Notes: generated by a model from the sequence alone, not told the origin. Shown: positions 25,442 to 36,319, numbered from the stretch's first letter. The stretch: DNA of 39,987 nucleotides from a bacterium (GCA_046485285.1 JAWOHE010000052.1:1-39987); one strand, 5' to 3'. Numbers and translations are program-made.

Positions 25442-26380
25442 ATGGCCGGTCCCGACGAACGGGCCCGGGCGCTGGCGGCGCGGGCGCGGATCCGGCAGGT
25501 CGAGATTCGGACCCGCCGGCTGGTCAACACGCTCTTCTCGGGCGACTACAAGTCCAGCTTCAAGGGCCGGGGCATCGAGTTCCTCGACCTGCGCGAGTAC
25601 CTGCCCGGCGACGACGTCCGGACAATCGACTGGAACGTCAGCGCCCGGTACGGGCTGGCGCGCGGGGCAGGTTACCACCCGTTCGTCAAGAAGTTCGCCG
25701 AGGAGCGCGAGCTGGTGGTGATGCTGGTCGTCGATGCGTCGGGTTCGAGCCGGTTCGGGACGCGCGGGCGGCTGAAGCTCGAGCAGTCGGCGAACCTCGC
25801 CGCGACGCTCGCCTTCTCGGCGATCCGGAACAACGACAAGGTCGGGTTGGTCTTCTTCACCGACCGGATCGAGCGCTACGTGCCGCCGCGAAAGGGCCGC
25901 TCCCACGTCCTGCGGCTGATCCGCGACATCCTCTACTTCGAGCCCGAGGGCAGGGGGACCGCGCCGGCGCGCGCGCTCGAGTTCCTGATGAACGTCGTCA
26001 AGCGCCGGGCGATCGTCTTTCTCGTCTCGGACTTCCTCGGGCCGGGCTTCGCGCCGGCGGAGGTGCGGACCCCGCTCGGCATCGCGGCCCGGCGCCACGA
26101 CCTCGTCGCGGTCTCGGTCGCCGACCCGGCCGAGGAGCGCCTGCCCGGGCTCGGACTGGTCGAGGTCGAGGACGCCGAGACCGGCGAGCTCGCGACGATC
26201 GACTGTGCCGACCCGGCCCTGCGCCGGGCGTTCGAGCAGCACCGGGCCGAGCGCCGGGAGGAGCTGGCCGGGCTGCTGCGCCGGCTCGGGATCGACCACG
26301 TCCCGGTCCGGACCAACGAGGACTTCACCCGGGCCCTGCACCGGTTCTTCCAGGCGCGGGCGAGGAGGTACCGGCAGTGA
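25442..26380 (+). CDS. DUF58 domain protein
   Basis: GRGIEFLDLREYLPGDDVRTIDWNVSAR and VSDF motifs; follows moxR. Confidence 0.9.
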   Translation: MAGPDERARALAARARIRQVEIRTRRLVNTLFSGDYKSSFKGRGIEFLDLREYLPGDDVRTIDWNVSARYGLARGAGYHPFVKKFAEERELVVMLVVDASGSSRFGTRGRLKLEQSANLAATLAFSAIRNNDKVGLVFFTDRIERYVPPRKGRSHVLRLIRDILYFEPEGRGTAPARALEFLMNVVKRRAIVFLVSDFLGPGFAPAEVRTPLGIAARRHDLVAVSVADPAEERLPGLGLVEVEDAETGELATIDCADPALRRAFEQHRAERREELAGLLRRLGIDHVPVRTNEDFTRALHRFFQARARRYRQ

Positions 26381-27405
26381 GCCGGACCCGGCCGGGCGCG
26401 CTCGCGCCGGCAGTCCTCGCGGTGCTGTTGCTCGCCGCACCGGTCGCGGCTCAGGACCCGGCCCCGGCCGACACCGCCGCGGCGGACACGGCCCGGCCCG
26501 CGTTCCGGTTCGTCGAGGACGGGCCGGTGCGAGTGACCGCGCGGCTCCTGCCGCGCCGGACGACGAAGCCGCTGACGGTCGGCGACCGGTTCAAGGTCGA
26601 GCTCGCGGTCCGGCGGCATCGCGACCAGCGGCTCTCGCCGCCGGTGCTCGACGACGAGCGCTTCGTCGTCGTCGACGGGCGGACGGTGACGAACTACGAC
26701 GGCGACACGATCGTTGACCGGCACGAGCTCGAGCTCGCGGCGTTCGCGGCCGGCGAGCTCCACCTGCCCGGCTTCATCGTCACCTTCCCGGGCGATGACG
26801 GCGTGCTCGCGGCGCGCTCGGAATCGCTGCCGCTCGAGGTCGCGAGCGTCCTGCCCGACTCGATGCCGGACATCAACGACCTCAAGCAGCAGATCGCGTT
26901 CCCGAACCTGCTGCCGCTCTGGCTCGCGCTCGCCGCGCTGGCGCTCGCCGCGCTTGTGTTCTACGGCCGGCGGCTCGCGCGGCGCTGGCGCCGGCGCCGG
27001 CTTGCCGGCGCGCCGCTGCCCGACCCCTGGGTCGAGGCGCTCGGCGCGCTCGCGGCGCTGCCGGTCGCGGAGTGGCTGGCGGCCGGCGAGGTCAAGCGCT
27101 ACTACTACGCGGTGTCGGACATCCTCAAGCGCTACCTGACCCGGCGCTTCGACTTCCCGGCGCTCGACCAGACGACGAGCGAGATGGTGCTGGCGATGAA
27201 GGCGGCGCGGGTCCCCGAGCGCGAGGAGTTCGCCCGGTTCTTCCGGCGCGCGGACTTCGTCAAGTACGCCAAGCTGGTGCCCGACCAGGCCGAGCTCGAG
27301 GCGGCGGTGACGACCGCCCGGGGGTTGGTCGATCGGACGACGCCGGGCGAAAAGACCCCGGACGGTAAGCCGGCCGGCGCGCCGGTCGGGGGGAGGCCGC
27401 GATGA
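26377..27405 (+). CDS. bat-operon membrane protein (BatD-like/DUF4381-like)
   Basis: Signal peptide, central TM, C-terminal ILKRYL..QTTSE..ADFVKYAK pattern typical of the gene between DUF58 and batA. Confidence 0.7.
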   Translation: MSRTRPGALAPAVLAVLLLAAPVAAQDPAPADTAAADTARPAFRFVEDGPVRVTARLLPRRTTKPLTVGDRFKVELAVRRHRDQRLSPPVLDDERFVVVDGRTVTNYDGDTIVDRHELELAAFAAGELHLPGFIVTFPGDDGVLAARSESLPLEVASVLPDSMPDINDLKQQIAFPNLLPLWLALAALALAALVFYGRRLARRWRRRRLAGAPLPDPWVEALGALAALPVAEWLAAGEVKRYYYAVSDILKRYLTRRFDFPALDQTTSEMVLAMKAARVPEREEFARFFRRADFVKYAKLVPDQAELEAAVTTARGLVDRTTPGEKTPDGKPAGAPVGGRPR

Positions 27406-28376
27406 GCTTCGCGCACCCCTTGGCGTTCGCGCTGCTGGCGCTGGTGCCGGCGTTCCTCTGGTGGATGCTGGCCAAGCGCCGGGCGACGCTGACCTGGAGC
27501 GACCTTTCGTTCCTGCGCCGGGCGCCGAACCGCGGGCGTTGGCTCCGGGTCGTCCCGCTCGCGCTCCACGCGCTGGCGCTGGCGGCGATGGTCGTCGCGC
27601 TGGCCCGGCCCCAGCGCGGCCGGCAGTTCGAGGAGGTCGAGACGCGCGGCATCGACATCATGCTCGCGATCGACGTCTCGGGCAGCATGCAGGCCGAGGA
27701 CTTCGCGCCGCGCAACCGGCTGACGGTCGCCCGCGAGAAGGCCAAGGAGTTCGTCGAGCGCCGGACCGGGGACCGGGTCGGACTCGTCGCCTTCGCGGCG
27801 ACGGCGCTGACCCAGTGCCCGCTCACCCACGACAAGAACATCGTCAACCAGCTCATCGACCGGCTCGACTTCGGGATGCTCGAGGACGGGACCGCGATCG
27901 GGCTCGGGCTCGGCACGGCGGTGGCGCGTCTGCGCCGGAGCCAGGCGCGGGAGAAAGTCGTCGTCCTGCTGACCGACGGCGTCAACAACACCGGCGACAT
28001 CGACCCGCTGACCGCGGCCCAGACCGCGGCGAGTTTCGGCATCAAGGTCTACACGATCGGGGTCGGCTCGACCGGGCCGGTGCGCTTCCCGGTCCAGGAC
28101 CCGGTCTTCGGCCGCCGCTACGTCCAGACCCAGATTGACCTCGACGTGGCCGCGCTCGAGCGCATCGCCGAGACGACCGGCGGCCGGGCGTTCCTCGCGA
28201 CCGACGCCGCGGCGCTGGGCCGGGTCTACGAGGAGATCGACCGGCTCCAGCCGACCAGCTTCAAGGTCCGGCGCCACACGGTCTACAACGAGCTCGCCGG
28301 CCTGCCGCTCCTGCTCTCGGTCGTCCTCTTCGCCGCGGCCGCGCTCGCCGCGGCGCTGCTCCGGAGGCTGCCGTGA
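27402..28376 (+). CDS. batA: vWA domain protein BatA
   Basis: N-terminal FAHP TM, ALARPQ, MIDAS DVSGSM, GTAIG, LLTDG. Confidence 0.88.
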   Translation: MSFAHPLAFALLALVPAFLWWMLAKRRATLTWSDLSFLRRAPNRGRWLRVVPLALHALALAAMVVALARPQRGRQFEEVETRGIDIMLAIDVSGSMQAEDFAPRNRLTVAREKAKEFVERRTGDRVGLVAFAATALTQCPLTHDKNIVNQLIDRLDFGMLEDGTAIGLGLGTAVARLRRSQAREKVVVLLTDGVNNTGDIDPLTAAQTAASFGIKVYTIGVGSTGPVRFPVQDPVFGRRYVQTQIDLDVAALERIAETTGGRAFLATDAAALGRVYEEIDRLQPTSFKVRRHTVYNELAGLPLLLSVVLFAAAALAAALLRRLP

Positions 28377-29422
28377 TAAGGTGGGGCGCGCCGGCCTACC
28401 TCTGGCTGCTCCTGGCGGTGCCGGTGCTGGCGGCGCTGGCGCTGCTGCTCGGCCGGCTCAAGCGGCGACGGCTGCTGCGGGCGGTCGACGCCGAGCTCGT
28501 GCCGGCGCTGACCGCGAGCCGGGCGGCCGGGCTCGCGGCGCTCAAGAACGTCCTGCTCCTCGCCGGGATGGTCTTCCTGCTCCTCGCCGCGGCGCGGCCG
28601 AAATGGGGCGAGAAGCTCCAGCTCTACAAGGGCCGGGGCATCGACGTCGTCATCGCGCTCGACGCCTCGAAGTCGATGCGGGCCGAGGACGTCAAGCCGA
28701 ACCGGCTCGACCGTGCCAAGGCCGAGCTCGCGGCGCTGATCGGCGAGCTCGCCGGCAACGCGGTTGGCATCGTCGCGTTCGCGGGCGACGCCCACGTCCT
28801 CTGCCCGATGACGACCGACGTCGACGCGGCCCGGCTCTTCCTCGACATCATCGACCCGGACGCGATGCCGGTGCCGGGGACCGACTACGGCCGGGCGATC
28901 GACGCCGCGCTCGAGCTCTTCAACCCGAAGGAGAACGCCCACAAGGCGCTGGTGCTGGTCACCGACGGCGAGGACCTCGGCCGGAACACGCCCCAGGCGG
29001 TCCAGCGCGCGGTCGAGGCCGGGGTGCGGATCTACCCGGTCGCGTTCGCGACCGTCGAGGGCGCGCCGATACCGGAGTACGACGAGCGGGGGAGCCTGCG
29101 CGAGTACAAGAAGGACAAGGACGGGACAATGGTGATGTCGCGGATGGACGAGCGGGCGCTGATCCTGATCGCCAAGGCGACCGACGGCCGGTTCCTGCGG
29201 GTCGAAGGCTTCTCGGCCGACCGGCTGGTCGGCGAGTTCGACCGCCTGCGCAAGAAGGAAATCGGCGGCGGCACGTTCACCGAGTATGTTGAACGCTACC
29301 AGTTGTTCCTTATCATCGCATTCGTGCTGATACTCGCCGGACTCGGGCTGAGCAACCGGCGCTGGCCGTGGCTGCGGCTCGGCAGGGCAGCGGCCGGGCC
29401 GACGTCGGGGGAGAGCCGCTGA
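28373..29422 (+). CDS. batB: vWA domain protein BatB
   Basis: AARPKWG, DASKSMRAEDVKPNRL, VTDGED. Confidence 0.85.
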   Translation: MIRWGAPAYLWLLLAVPVLAALALLLGRLKRRRLLRAVDAELVPALTASRAAGLAALKNVLLLAGMVFLLLAAARPKWGEKLQLYKGRGIDVVIALDASKSMRAEDVKPNRLDRAKAELAALIGELAGNAVGIVAFAGDAHVLCPMTTDVDAARLFLDIIDPDAMPVPGTDYGRAIDAALELFNPKENAHKALVLVTDGEDLGRNTPQAVQRAVEAGVRIYPVAFATVEGAPIPEYDERGSLREYKKDKDGTMVMSRMDERALILIAKATDGRFLRVEGFSADRLVGEFDRLRKKEIGGGTFTEYVERYQLFLIIAFVLILAGLGLSNRRWPWLRLGRAAAGPTSGESR

Positions 29423-30066
29423 TGGCCGCGCGACGCCTGCCCGGACGCGCGCCCGGCGTCCTGCTCGGCCTCGTCGTCCTCGGCCTCGCGGCGAGCCCGG
29501 CCCGGGCCGACGTCGGCGCGCTGATGCGGCGTGGCAACGGGCTCTTCGCCCGGGGCCGGTTCGACGAGGCGCTCGCCGCCTACCAGCAGGCCGAGGTCCG
29601 CGAGCCGGACGCGACCGCGATCCGCTTCAACGCCGGCAACGCGCTCCACCGGCTCGGACGCTACGACGAGGCCCTGCGCGAGCTCGAGCTGGTGATGACC
29701 GACCGGAACCAACGCCGCCGGGCCGACGCGCTCTACAACATCGGCAACACCCTGTTCCGGGCCGGCCGGCTCGGCCCGGCGATCAACAGCTACAAGGCCG
29801 CGCTCCTGCTCAACCCGGACGACCGGCAGGCGAAACAGAACCTCGAGTACTGCCTGAAGAAGCAGGAGGAACAGCAGAACCAGGAACAGCCGCCGGATTC
29901 CTCGGGCCAGGACCAGCAGCAGCAACAGCCCCAGCCGAGGCCGGAGCCGGAGATGAGCCAGGAGGAGGCCGAGCGGATGATGCAGGCGCTCGACAACAAG
30001 GAACGGCGCGAGCAGGAGAAGGCCCAGGCCCCGACCCGGCAGAAGCAGGTCGAGAAGGACTGGTGA
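29422..30066 (+). CDS. batC: TPR protein BatC
   Basis: TPR repeats (FNAGNAL, YNIGNTL), Q-rich linker, C-terminal EKDW. Confidence 0.82.
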   Translation: MAARRLPGRAPGVLLGLVVLGLAASPARADVGALMRRGNGLFARGRFDEALAAYQQAEVREPDATAIRFNAGNALHRLGRYDEALRELELVMTDRNQRRRADALYNIGNTLFRAGRLGPAINSYKAALLLNPDDRQAKQNLEYCLKKQEEQQNQEQPPDSSGQDQQQQQPQPRPEPEMSQEEAERMMQALDNKERREQEKAQAPTRQKQVEKDW

Positions 30067-31874
30067 CGATGGCGGGCGGTCGGGTCGCGCTCGCACTCGG
30101 CGTCGTCCTCGCGCTCGCCCTCCTCGCCCCGCCCGCCCGCGCGGCGGAGCTTGAGTTCGCGGCCTCGGTCGACCGGTCCCGGGTCGGCGTCGGCCAGCGC
30201 TTCGCGCTGACCGTCACCGTCTCCGGCACCAACCTCGGCCGCGTGCCCCAGCCCCAGCTCCCGGACCTCTCCGGCTTCAACCAGCTCGGCAGCACCTCAT
30301 CCCAGTCGACCAACATCTCGGTCGTCAACGGCCGGATGACGCGCCAGGAGACGATCAGCTTCATCTACTTCCTCGCCGCCCGCGAGACCGGCGAGCTCGT
30401 CATCGGGCCGTGCCGGCTGACGCACGGCGGCAGCAGCTACTCGACCAGCCCGATAACCATCTCCGCGGTCGCGGCCGACCAGGCGCCGGGCCAGCCGCCG
30501 GCCCGGCCGCCGATGCCGGACCCCTTCGACCCCTTCGGCCCGCCGGCCGAGCCGGTCTCGACCGACGACATCCAGCTCGTCGCCGGCGCGGACCGGACCT
30601 CGGTCTGGCAGGGCGAGCAGGTCACCGTGACCTGGACCTTCTACACCCGGCGCCAGGTCGCCAGCCTCAACCTCGCCCAGGTCCCGGCGTTCGCCGGGTT
30701 CTGGTCCGAGCGGCTTTTCGACGCGGACAAGCTCGACTACCGGCAGGCCCGGCTCGGCGACCGCGAGTACAGCGCGGTGACACTCAAGCGCGTCGCGCTC
30801 TTCCCGACCCGGTCGGGCCGGCTCGAGGTCGGCGCGATGCGGGTCGCGGGCGCGGTCGTCCGGCGGGGCGGTTTCTTCTTCGACAGCACCGAGCCGTTCG
30901 AGGTCGGCTCGCGCCAGCTCGCGGTCGAGGTCCGGCCCCTGCCCGACTCGGGCCGGCCGGCGAGCTTCTCGGGCGGGGTCGGCAGCTTCACGGTCTCGGC
31001 CGCGCTCGACCGCGACAGCTCGGACGGCGGCGCGCCGGTCAACCTGACGGTCAGGGTCGAGGGCACGGGCAACATCCAGCTCGTCGGCGAGCCGAAACTG
31101 CCCCAGGTCGCCAGCCTCCGCGTCCTCAACCCGGAGACCCGGGACCGGATCACCCGCGCCGACGGCCGGGTCCGGGGCAGCCGCGAGTTCGTCTACCCGC
31201 TGATTCCCCAGGCATCGGGCCGGCACGCCCTGCCGCCGGTCGAGTTCGGTTTCTTCGACCCGGTCGCGGGCAGCTACTACGTCCGGACGACGCCCTCGCT
31301 CGAGTTCGTCGCGACCGGGGTGACGGCGGGCGCGCCGCTGGCCGAGGCCGAGCCCGGGGTCAGGGTCATCAGCACCGACATCCGGCACATCAAGACCGGC
31401 GCGCGGCCGGCCGCGATCGCGGGCGGGCTCGCGGCCGGGCCGCCCTGGTGGGGCTGGCTCTGCTACCCGGCCGGGCTCGGCGCGCTCCTGCTCGGCGTCG
31501 CGCTCGGCGCGCACCGGCGCCGGCTCGAGCAGGACCGCGGTTACGCCCGGGGCCGGCGGGCGAGCCGGCTGGTCCGGCGGCGGCTGGCCGAGGCCGGCCG
31601 GCTCCTGCGCGCGGGCCGCGAGCGGGAGTTCTACGCCGCGCTCGCCGGCGCGGTCGCCGGCTACGCCGGGGACCGGTTCAACCTCGAGACCGGCGGGATG
31701 ACCGGCGACGAGCTCCGGGCCGCGCTTGCCGGCCGGGGCGTCGCCGAGCCGACGGTCGGGCAACTGCTCGAACTCGTCCGGGCCTGCGACGTCGCGCGGT
31801 TTTCGCCCGGGCTGGCCTCCTGTCCGGCGCCGGAGCTGTTCGATCGGGCGCGGAAGGTGCTGGAGGAACTGTGA
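30063..31874 (+). CDS. batD: BatD family protein
   Basis: Signal peptide, ASVDRS..VGQRF, GGVGSF, EGTGN, C-terminal TM; operon position. Confidence 0.85.
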   Translation: MTMAGGRVALALGVVLALALLAPPARAAELEFAASVDRSRVGVGQRFALTVTVSGTNLGRVPQPQLPDLSGFNQLGSTSSQSTNISVVNGRMTRQETISFIYFLAARETGELVIGPCRLTHGGSSYSTSPITISAVAADQAPGQPPARPPMPDPFDPFGPPAEPVSTDDIQLVAGADRTSVWQGEQVTVTWTFYTRRQVASLNLAQVPAFAGFWSERLFDADKLDYRQARLGDREYSAVTLKRVALFPTRSGRLEVGAMRVAGAVVRRGGFFFDSTEPFEVGSRQLAVEVRPLPDSGRPASFSGGVGSFTVSAALDRDSSDGGAPVNLTVRVEGTGNIQLVGEPKLPQVASLRVLNPETRDRITRADGRVRGSREFVYPLIPQASGRHALPPVEFGFFDPVAGSYYVRTTPSLEFVATGVTAGAPLAEAEPGVRVISTDIRHIKTGARPAAIAGGLAAGPPWWGWLCYPAGLGALLLGVALGAHRRRLEQDRGYARGRRASRLVRRRLAEAGRLLRAGREREFYAALAGAVAGYAGDRFNLETGGMTGDELRAALAGRGVAEPTVGQLLELVRACDVARFSPGLASCPAPELFDRARKVLEEL

Positions 31875-32587
31875 GCGCGCTCCTCCTCGCGCTGCTCGTC
31901 GCGACCGGCGCGCCGTCGTTCTTCGAGCAGGGCAACGCCGCCTACGAGGCGGGCGACTACGAGCTGGCGATCGCCGGCTACGACTCGGCGGCGCGGGCGC
32001 CGAGCGCGGCGGTCTTCTACAACCGCGGCAACGCCCGGTTCAAGCTCGGCCAGCTCGGCCGGGCGCTCGCCGACTACCGGCGGGCGCGGGTGCTCGCGCC
32101 GGCCGACCCGGACGTCCGGCACAACCTCGAGTTCGTCCGCGCCTACCGGCCCGACCGGACCCTCGAAATCGTCAACCCGCTGGCCCGGCTCGCGACCGCG
32201 GCCCTGCGCGCGACCGGCCTGCCGCTGGCCCGGCTCGCGACCGGGTTCCTCGCCTTCGCCGCGCTCGCCGGCCTCGGGCTCTTCGCGCTGTCCCGGGCGC
32301 GGGGCTGGCTCTGGGCCGGGGTCGGGCTCGCGGTCCTCGCCGGCTGGTCGGCGGCATCGTGGCTGAGCTGGTCGGCCGAGGTCGGGCCGGACCAGGCGGT
32401 CGTGACGCGGCCGGAGCAGGCGCTCCGCTCCGGGCCGGGCGAGGAGTACAAGGACATCCTCATCGTCCACGACGGGCTCGAGGTCTCGGTCCGCGAGCGG
32501 CGCGGCCGCTGGGTGCTGGTCCAGGCGCCGGGCGGCGAGGGCGGCTGGGCGGACTCGGGCGCGGTCGAAACCATCTTCCCGCGCTGA
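31871..32587 (+). CDS. batE: TPR + SH3 protein BatE
   Basis: FEQGNAAYEAGDY, YNRGNARFKLG, C-terminal SH3b-like (LRSGPG..HDG..GW). GTG overlaps the batD stop. Confidence 0.82.
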   Translation: MSALLLALLVATGAPSFFEQGNAAYEAGDYELAIAGYDSAARAPSAAVFYNRGNARFKLGQLGRALADYRRARVLAPADPDVRHNLEFVRAYRPDRTLEIVNPLARLATAALRATGLPLARLATGFLAFAALAGLGLFALSRARGWLWAGVGLAVLAGWSAASWLSWSAEVGPDQAVVTRPEQALRSGPGEEYKDILIVHDGLEVSVRERRGRWVLVQAPGGEGGWADSGAVETIFPR

Positions 32588-32628
32588 CCTTGTGACCGGC
32601 CGGCGCCGGTCTATAATCTGCCCACCCG

Positions 32629-34677
32629 ATGAATGACAGCGACTGCAGGCCCGCGGTCCCCGAGGGCTGGGACAAACAGCTCAACGCCGCGCAACTGCGG
32701 GCGGTGACCCACGGCGACGGGCCGCTGCTCGTCATCGCCGGCGCCGGGACCGGCAAGACGCGGACATTGGCCTACCGGGTCGCCTGGCTCATCGGCCGGG
32801 GCGTACCGGCCGAGCGGATCCTGCTCCTGACCTTCACGCGCCGGGCCGCGCAGGAGATGCTCAACCGGGCCCACGCGCTGACCCGGCAGGCGACGGAGCG
32901 GGTCTGGGGCGGAACCTTCCACGCGGTCGGCAACCGCCTGCTCCGGACGTACGGCAAGGCGGTCGGGCTCGACCCGGCGTTCACGGTCGCCGACGAGGGC
33001 GACTCGGCCGACCTCCTCGGCTACATCCGCACCGAGCTCGGCTTCACCTCGAAGGACAAGCGCTTCCCGCGCAAGGCGACGATCCGGGCAATCTACTCCC
33101 GGGTCGTCAACTCGCGCGAGCCACTCGAGGACGTCCTCGAAAAGGAGTACCCGTGGTGCCGGGAGGCGGACAAGGGACTGCGCGAGATCTTCAAGCGCTA
33201 CACCGCGCGCAAGCAGGAGCGGCAGATCCTCGACTACGACGACCTGCTCCTGTTCTGGAAGGCGCTGCTCGACGTCGAGCGGGTGCGCGTTGCTGTCGGC
33301 GGGATGTTCGACCACGTGCTCGTCGACGAGTACCAGGACACCAACATCATCCAGGCCGAGATCCTCGCCGGCCTGCGCTGCGAGAACCACAACATCACCG
33401 TCGTCGGCGACGACGCCCAGAGCATCTACCGGTTCCGGGGCGCGACGGTCCGCAACATCCTCCAGTTCCCGGAGCAGTTCCCGAACACGACGATCGTCAC
33501 GCTCGAGGACAACTACCGCTCGGTCCAGCCGGTGCTCGACGTCGCCAACAAGGTGATGGAGCACGCGCGGCAGAAGTTCACCAAGAGCCTGCGCTCGGAG
33601 CGCCAGAGCGGCCAGCGGCCGGTGCTCTTGACCTGCGTCGACGAGTCCGAGCAGTGCCGGATGGTCTGCGAGCGGGTGCTCGCCCACATGGAGGAGGGCA
33701 TCCCGCTCCGGCGCCAGGCGGTGCTGTTCCGGGCCGGCCACCACTCGGACATGCTCGAGGTCGAGCTCGCCCGGCGCAACATCCCGTTCCACAAGTACGG
33801 CGGCCTGCGCTTCGTCGAGGCCGCGCACGTCAAGGACCTGCTCGCCCTGCTCCGGGTGCTCGAGAACCCGCACGACGACGTGAGCTGGTTCCGGGTGCTC
33901 GAGATGCTCGACGGCGTCGGCCCGAAGTCGGCGCGGAAGGTCGTCGACTTCCTCCACGAGGCGGGCTCGCTCGAGGCGCTCGGCGACTGCCCGGTGCCGC
34001 CGGCGGCGCGCGAGGACTTCGGCGGGCTCGCGGCCGCGCTCCTGACCGTCGCCCGGGCCGGCCGGGGCCTGCCCGTCGCCGGCCAGATCGAGGAGCTCCG
34101 GCGCTACTACGAGCCGCTGCTCGGCCGGCTCTACGACAACCCGGTGCCGCGCGCCCGGGACCTCGAACAGCTCGAGGGCATCGCCGGCCGCTACCGGAGC
34201 CGCTCCGACTTCATCACCGACCTGACCCTCGACCCGCCCCAGTCGACCGCCGACCTCGCCGGGCCGCCGCACAAGGACGACGACTTCCTGATCCTCTCGA
34301 CGATGCACTCGGCGAAGGGCTGCGAGTGGAAGGCGGTCTTCGTCATCCACGCCGCCGACGGGATGATCCCGTCGGACATGGCGACCGGCGACGACGAGGA
34401 AATCGAGGAGGAGCGGCGGCTGTTCTACGTCGCGGTGACCCGGGCCGAGGACCGGCTCTACGTCCTGTTCCCGCTCCGCTACTACACCAAGAAGCACCGG
34501 CTCGGCGACGGCCACCTCTACGCCCAGCTCACCCGGTTCATCCCGCCCGACGTCGCGCCGCTGTTCGAACAGCAGGTCGTCCGCTACGGCTTCGCCGAAC
34601 CGGCCGCGCCCGAGTTCGAGGACGGCTTCCCGGACGCGGGCGAGGTCCGGCGCCGGATCGACGAACTGTGGGAGTGA
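32629..34677 (+). CDS. ATP-dependent DNA helicase, UvrD/PcrA/Rep family
   Basis: AGAGTGKT, TFH, DEYQDT, VGDDAQSIYRFRGA, NYRS, TMHSAKGCEW, EERRLFYVAVTRA. Confidence 0.93.
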   Translation: MNDSDCRPAVPEGWDKQLNAAQLRAVTHGDGPLLVIAGAGTGKTRTLAYRVAWLIGRGVPAERILLLTFTRRAAQEMLNRAHALTRQATERVWGGTFHAVGNRLLRTYGKAVGLDPAFTVADEGDSADLLGYIRTELGFTSKDKRFPRKATIRAIYSRVVNSREPLEDVLEKEYPWCREADKGLREIFKRYTARKQERQILDYDDLLLFWKALLDVERVRVAVGGMFDHVLVDEYQDTNIIQAEILAGLRCENHNITVVGDDAQSIYRFRGATVRNILQFPEQFPNTTIVTLEDNYRSVQPVLDVANKVMEHARQKFTKSLRSERQSGQRPVLLTCVDESEQCRMVCERVLAHMEEGIPLRRQAVLFRAGHHSDMLEVELARRNIPFHKYGGLRFVEAAHVKDLLALLRVLENPHDDVSWFRVLEMLDGVGPKSARKVVDFLHEAGSLEALGDCPVPPAAREDFGGLAAALLTVARAGRGLPVAGQIEELRRYYEPLLGRLYDNPVPRARDLEQLEGIAGRYRSRSDFITDLTLDPPQSTADLAGPPHKDDDFLILSTMHSAKGCEWKAVFVIHAADGMIPSDMATGDDEEIEEERRLFYVAVTRAEDRLYVLFPLRYYTKKHRLGDGHLYAQLTRFIPPDVAPLFEQQVVRYGFAEPAAPEFEDGFPDAGEVRRRIDELWE

Positions 34678-34728
34678 GCCCGGGGCAGGGGTTGACACCG
34701 GGCCGGGCCGGCGGCATCCTCTGAGGCG

Positions 34729-35697
34729 ATGAAAGGCTCACGGCCCAGGGTCGCGGTCGTCGGCAGCATGGTGATGGACCTCGTCTTCCGGGTCGCGCGC
34801 CGGCCGCGGCTCGGCGAGACGCTGGCGGGCGAGGAGTTCGGGATGTACCTCGGCGGCAAGGGCTTCAACCAGGCGGTCGCCTGCCACCGGCTCGGCGCCG
34901 AGACCGCGTTCGTCGGCCGCTGCGGCGAGGACGCCTTCGGCGAGATGTTCCTCGCCCGGATGCGGGAAGAGGGGATGTCCGACCGTCACGTCGGCCGGGA
35001 CCCGGTCAACGGCACCGGCGCGGCCGCGCCGATGGTCTACCCGGACGGCGGCAACAGCATCGTCGGCGTGCCCCGGGCCAACCTCGCGCTGACGCCGGCC
35101 GAGGTCGAAGCGGCCGAGGAGGCCATCGCCCGGGCCGACCTGCTGATGCTCCAGTTCGAGGTCAACCCGGCGGCGTCGCGGCGGGCGGCCGAGCTCGCGC
35201 GCCGGCACGGGACCCTCGTCCTGCTCGACCCGGCACCGGCCCACGGCGGGAGCGGGGACGTCGACTGGCCGCACGACTACCTCGTGCCCAACGAGCTCGA
35301 GGCCGACACCCTCGCGCCGGGCGAGACCCCGGAAGAATGGGCGCGAGGACTGCTCGGCGGGCTCCGGGCGCTCGTCATCAGCCGCGGCGAGCGCGGAGCG
35401 GTCGTCGTCGACCGCGCCGGGATGCGCGAGCACCCGGGCTACCGGGTCGCCGCGAAGGACACGACCGGCGCCGGTGACGCGTTCCGGGCCGGGCTGGCGG
35501 TCGAAATCGCCCGCGGCCGGGACATCGACGCGGCGGTCCGGTTCGCCAACGCCTGTGGCGCGCTCGCCTGCACGGTCGCGGGCGCGGAGCCGTCGATGCC
35601 GACCCGGGCCGCGGTCGAGGCGTTCGCGGCCGGGCACGTGCCGGCCGGCCCGGCGTCGGCCGGGGAGGAAGGGGAGGTGCCGGATGATATTGATTGA
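34729..35697 (+). CDS. rbsK: Ribokinase
   Basis: PfkB motifs VVGS..D, GGKGFNQA, PNELE, DTTGAGDAF. Confidence 0.85.
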   Translation: MKGSRPRVAVVGSMVMDLVFRVARRPRLGETLAGEEFGMYLGGKGFNQAVACHRLGAETAFVGRCGEDAFGEMFLARMREEGMSDRHVGRDPVNGTGAAAPMVYPDGGNSIVGVPRANLALTPAEVEAAEEAIARADLLMLQFEVNPAASRRAAELARRHGTLVLLDPAPAHGGSGDVDWPHDYLVPNELEADTLAPGETPEEWARGLLGGLRALVISRGERGAVVVDRAGMREHPGYRVAAKDTTGAGDAFRAGLAVEIARGRDIDAAVRFANACGALACTVAGAEPSMPTRAAVEAFAAGHVPAGPASAGEEGEVPDDID

Positions 35698-36319
35698 CAG
35701 CGCGAAGTTCGAGGAAGTCACGCGGGCGATGGAGCTCGGCTACGTCACCGGCGTGACGACGAACCCGATCCTGATGGCGCAGGTCGCCGAGCCGGCCGAG
35801 AAGGTCATCGCCGCGCTCTGCCGGGTCGCGCGCGGGCCGGTCTTCTACCAGCTCGTCGCGGCCGACCACGAGGCGCGCAAGGCCGAGGCCAGGAAGATGC
35901 ACGCGCTCTGCCCGGAGCGGGTCGTCGTCAAGATCCCGGCGACGAGCGAGAACATGCGGCTGGTCGCCGAGCTCTCACCCGGGATTCCCTGCGCGGTCAC
36001 CGCGGTCTACGCCGCGCACCAGGCCTGGGTCGCCTGCGAGGCCGGCGCCGGCTACGTGATACCCTACCTCAACCGGGCGACGCGGCTCCAGGGCGACGGC
36101 AGCGAGCTCGTCGCCAACCTCGTCGCGGTCGCCGAGGAGTGCGGGACCCAGACCGAGGTGCTGGTCGCCAGCATCAAGACGCCGGCCGAGGCCGCCGCGG
36201 CGGTGCTCGCCGGCGCCGACCACCTGACCCTGCCGCTCGAGGTCATCCTCAGGCTCGGCGACCACCCGCTCAGCGACGCGGCGATCGTCGAGTTCAACCG
36301 CGCGGCGCGGGCGGACTGA
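35684..36319 (+). CDS. Transaldolase / fructose-6-phosphate aldolase family protein
   Basis: MILIDSA, GVTTNP, VVVKIP (Schiff-base Lys), PYLNR, LVASIK. ATG 35684 after GGAGG. Confidence 0.85.
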   Translation: MILIDSAKFEEVTRAMELGYVTGVTTNPILMAQVAEPAEKVIAALCRVARGPVFYQLVAADHEARKAEARKMHALCPERVVVKIPATSENMRLVAELSPGIPCAVTAVYAAHQAWVACEAGAGYVIPYLNRATRLQGDGSELVANLVAVAEECGTQTEVLVASIKTPAEAAAAVLAGADHLTLPLEVILRLGDHPLSDAAIVEFNRAARAD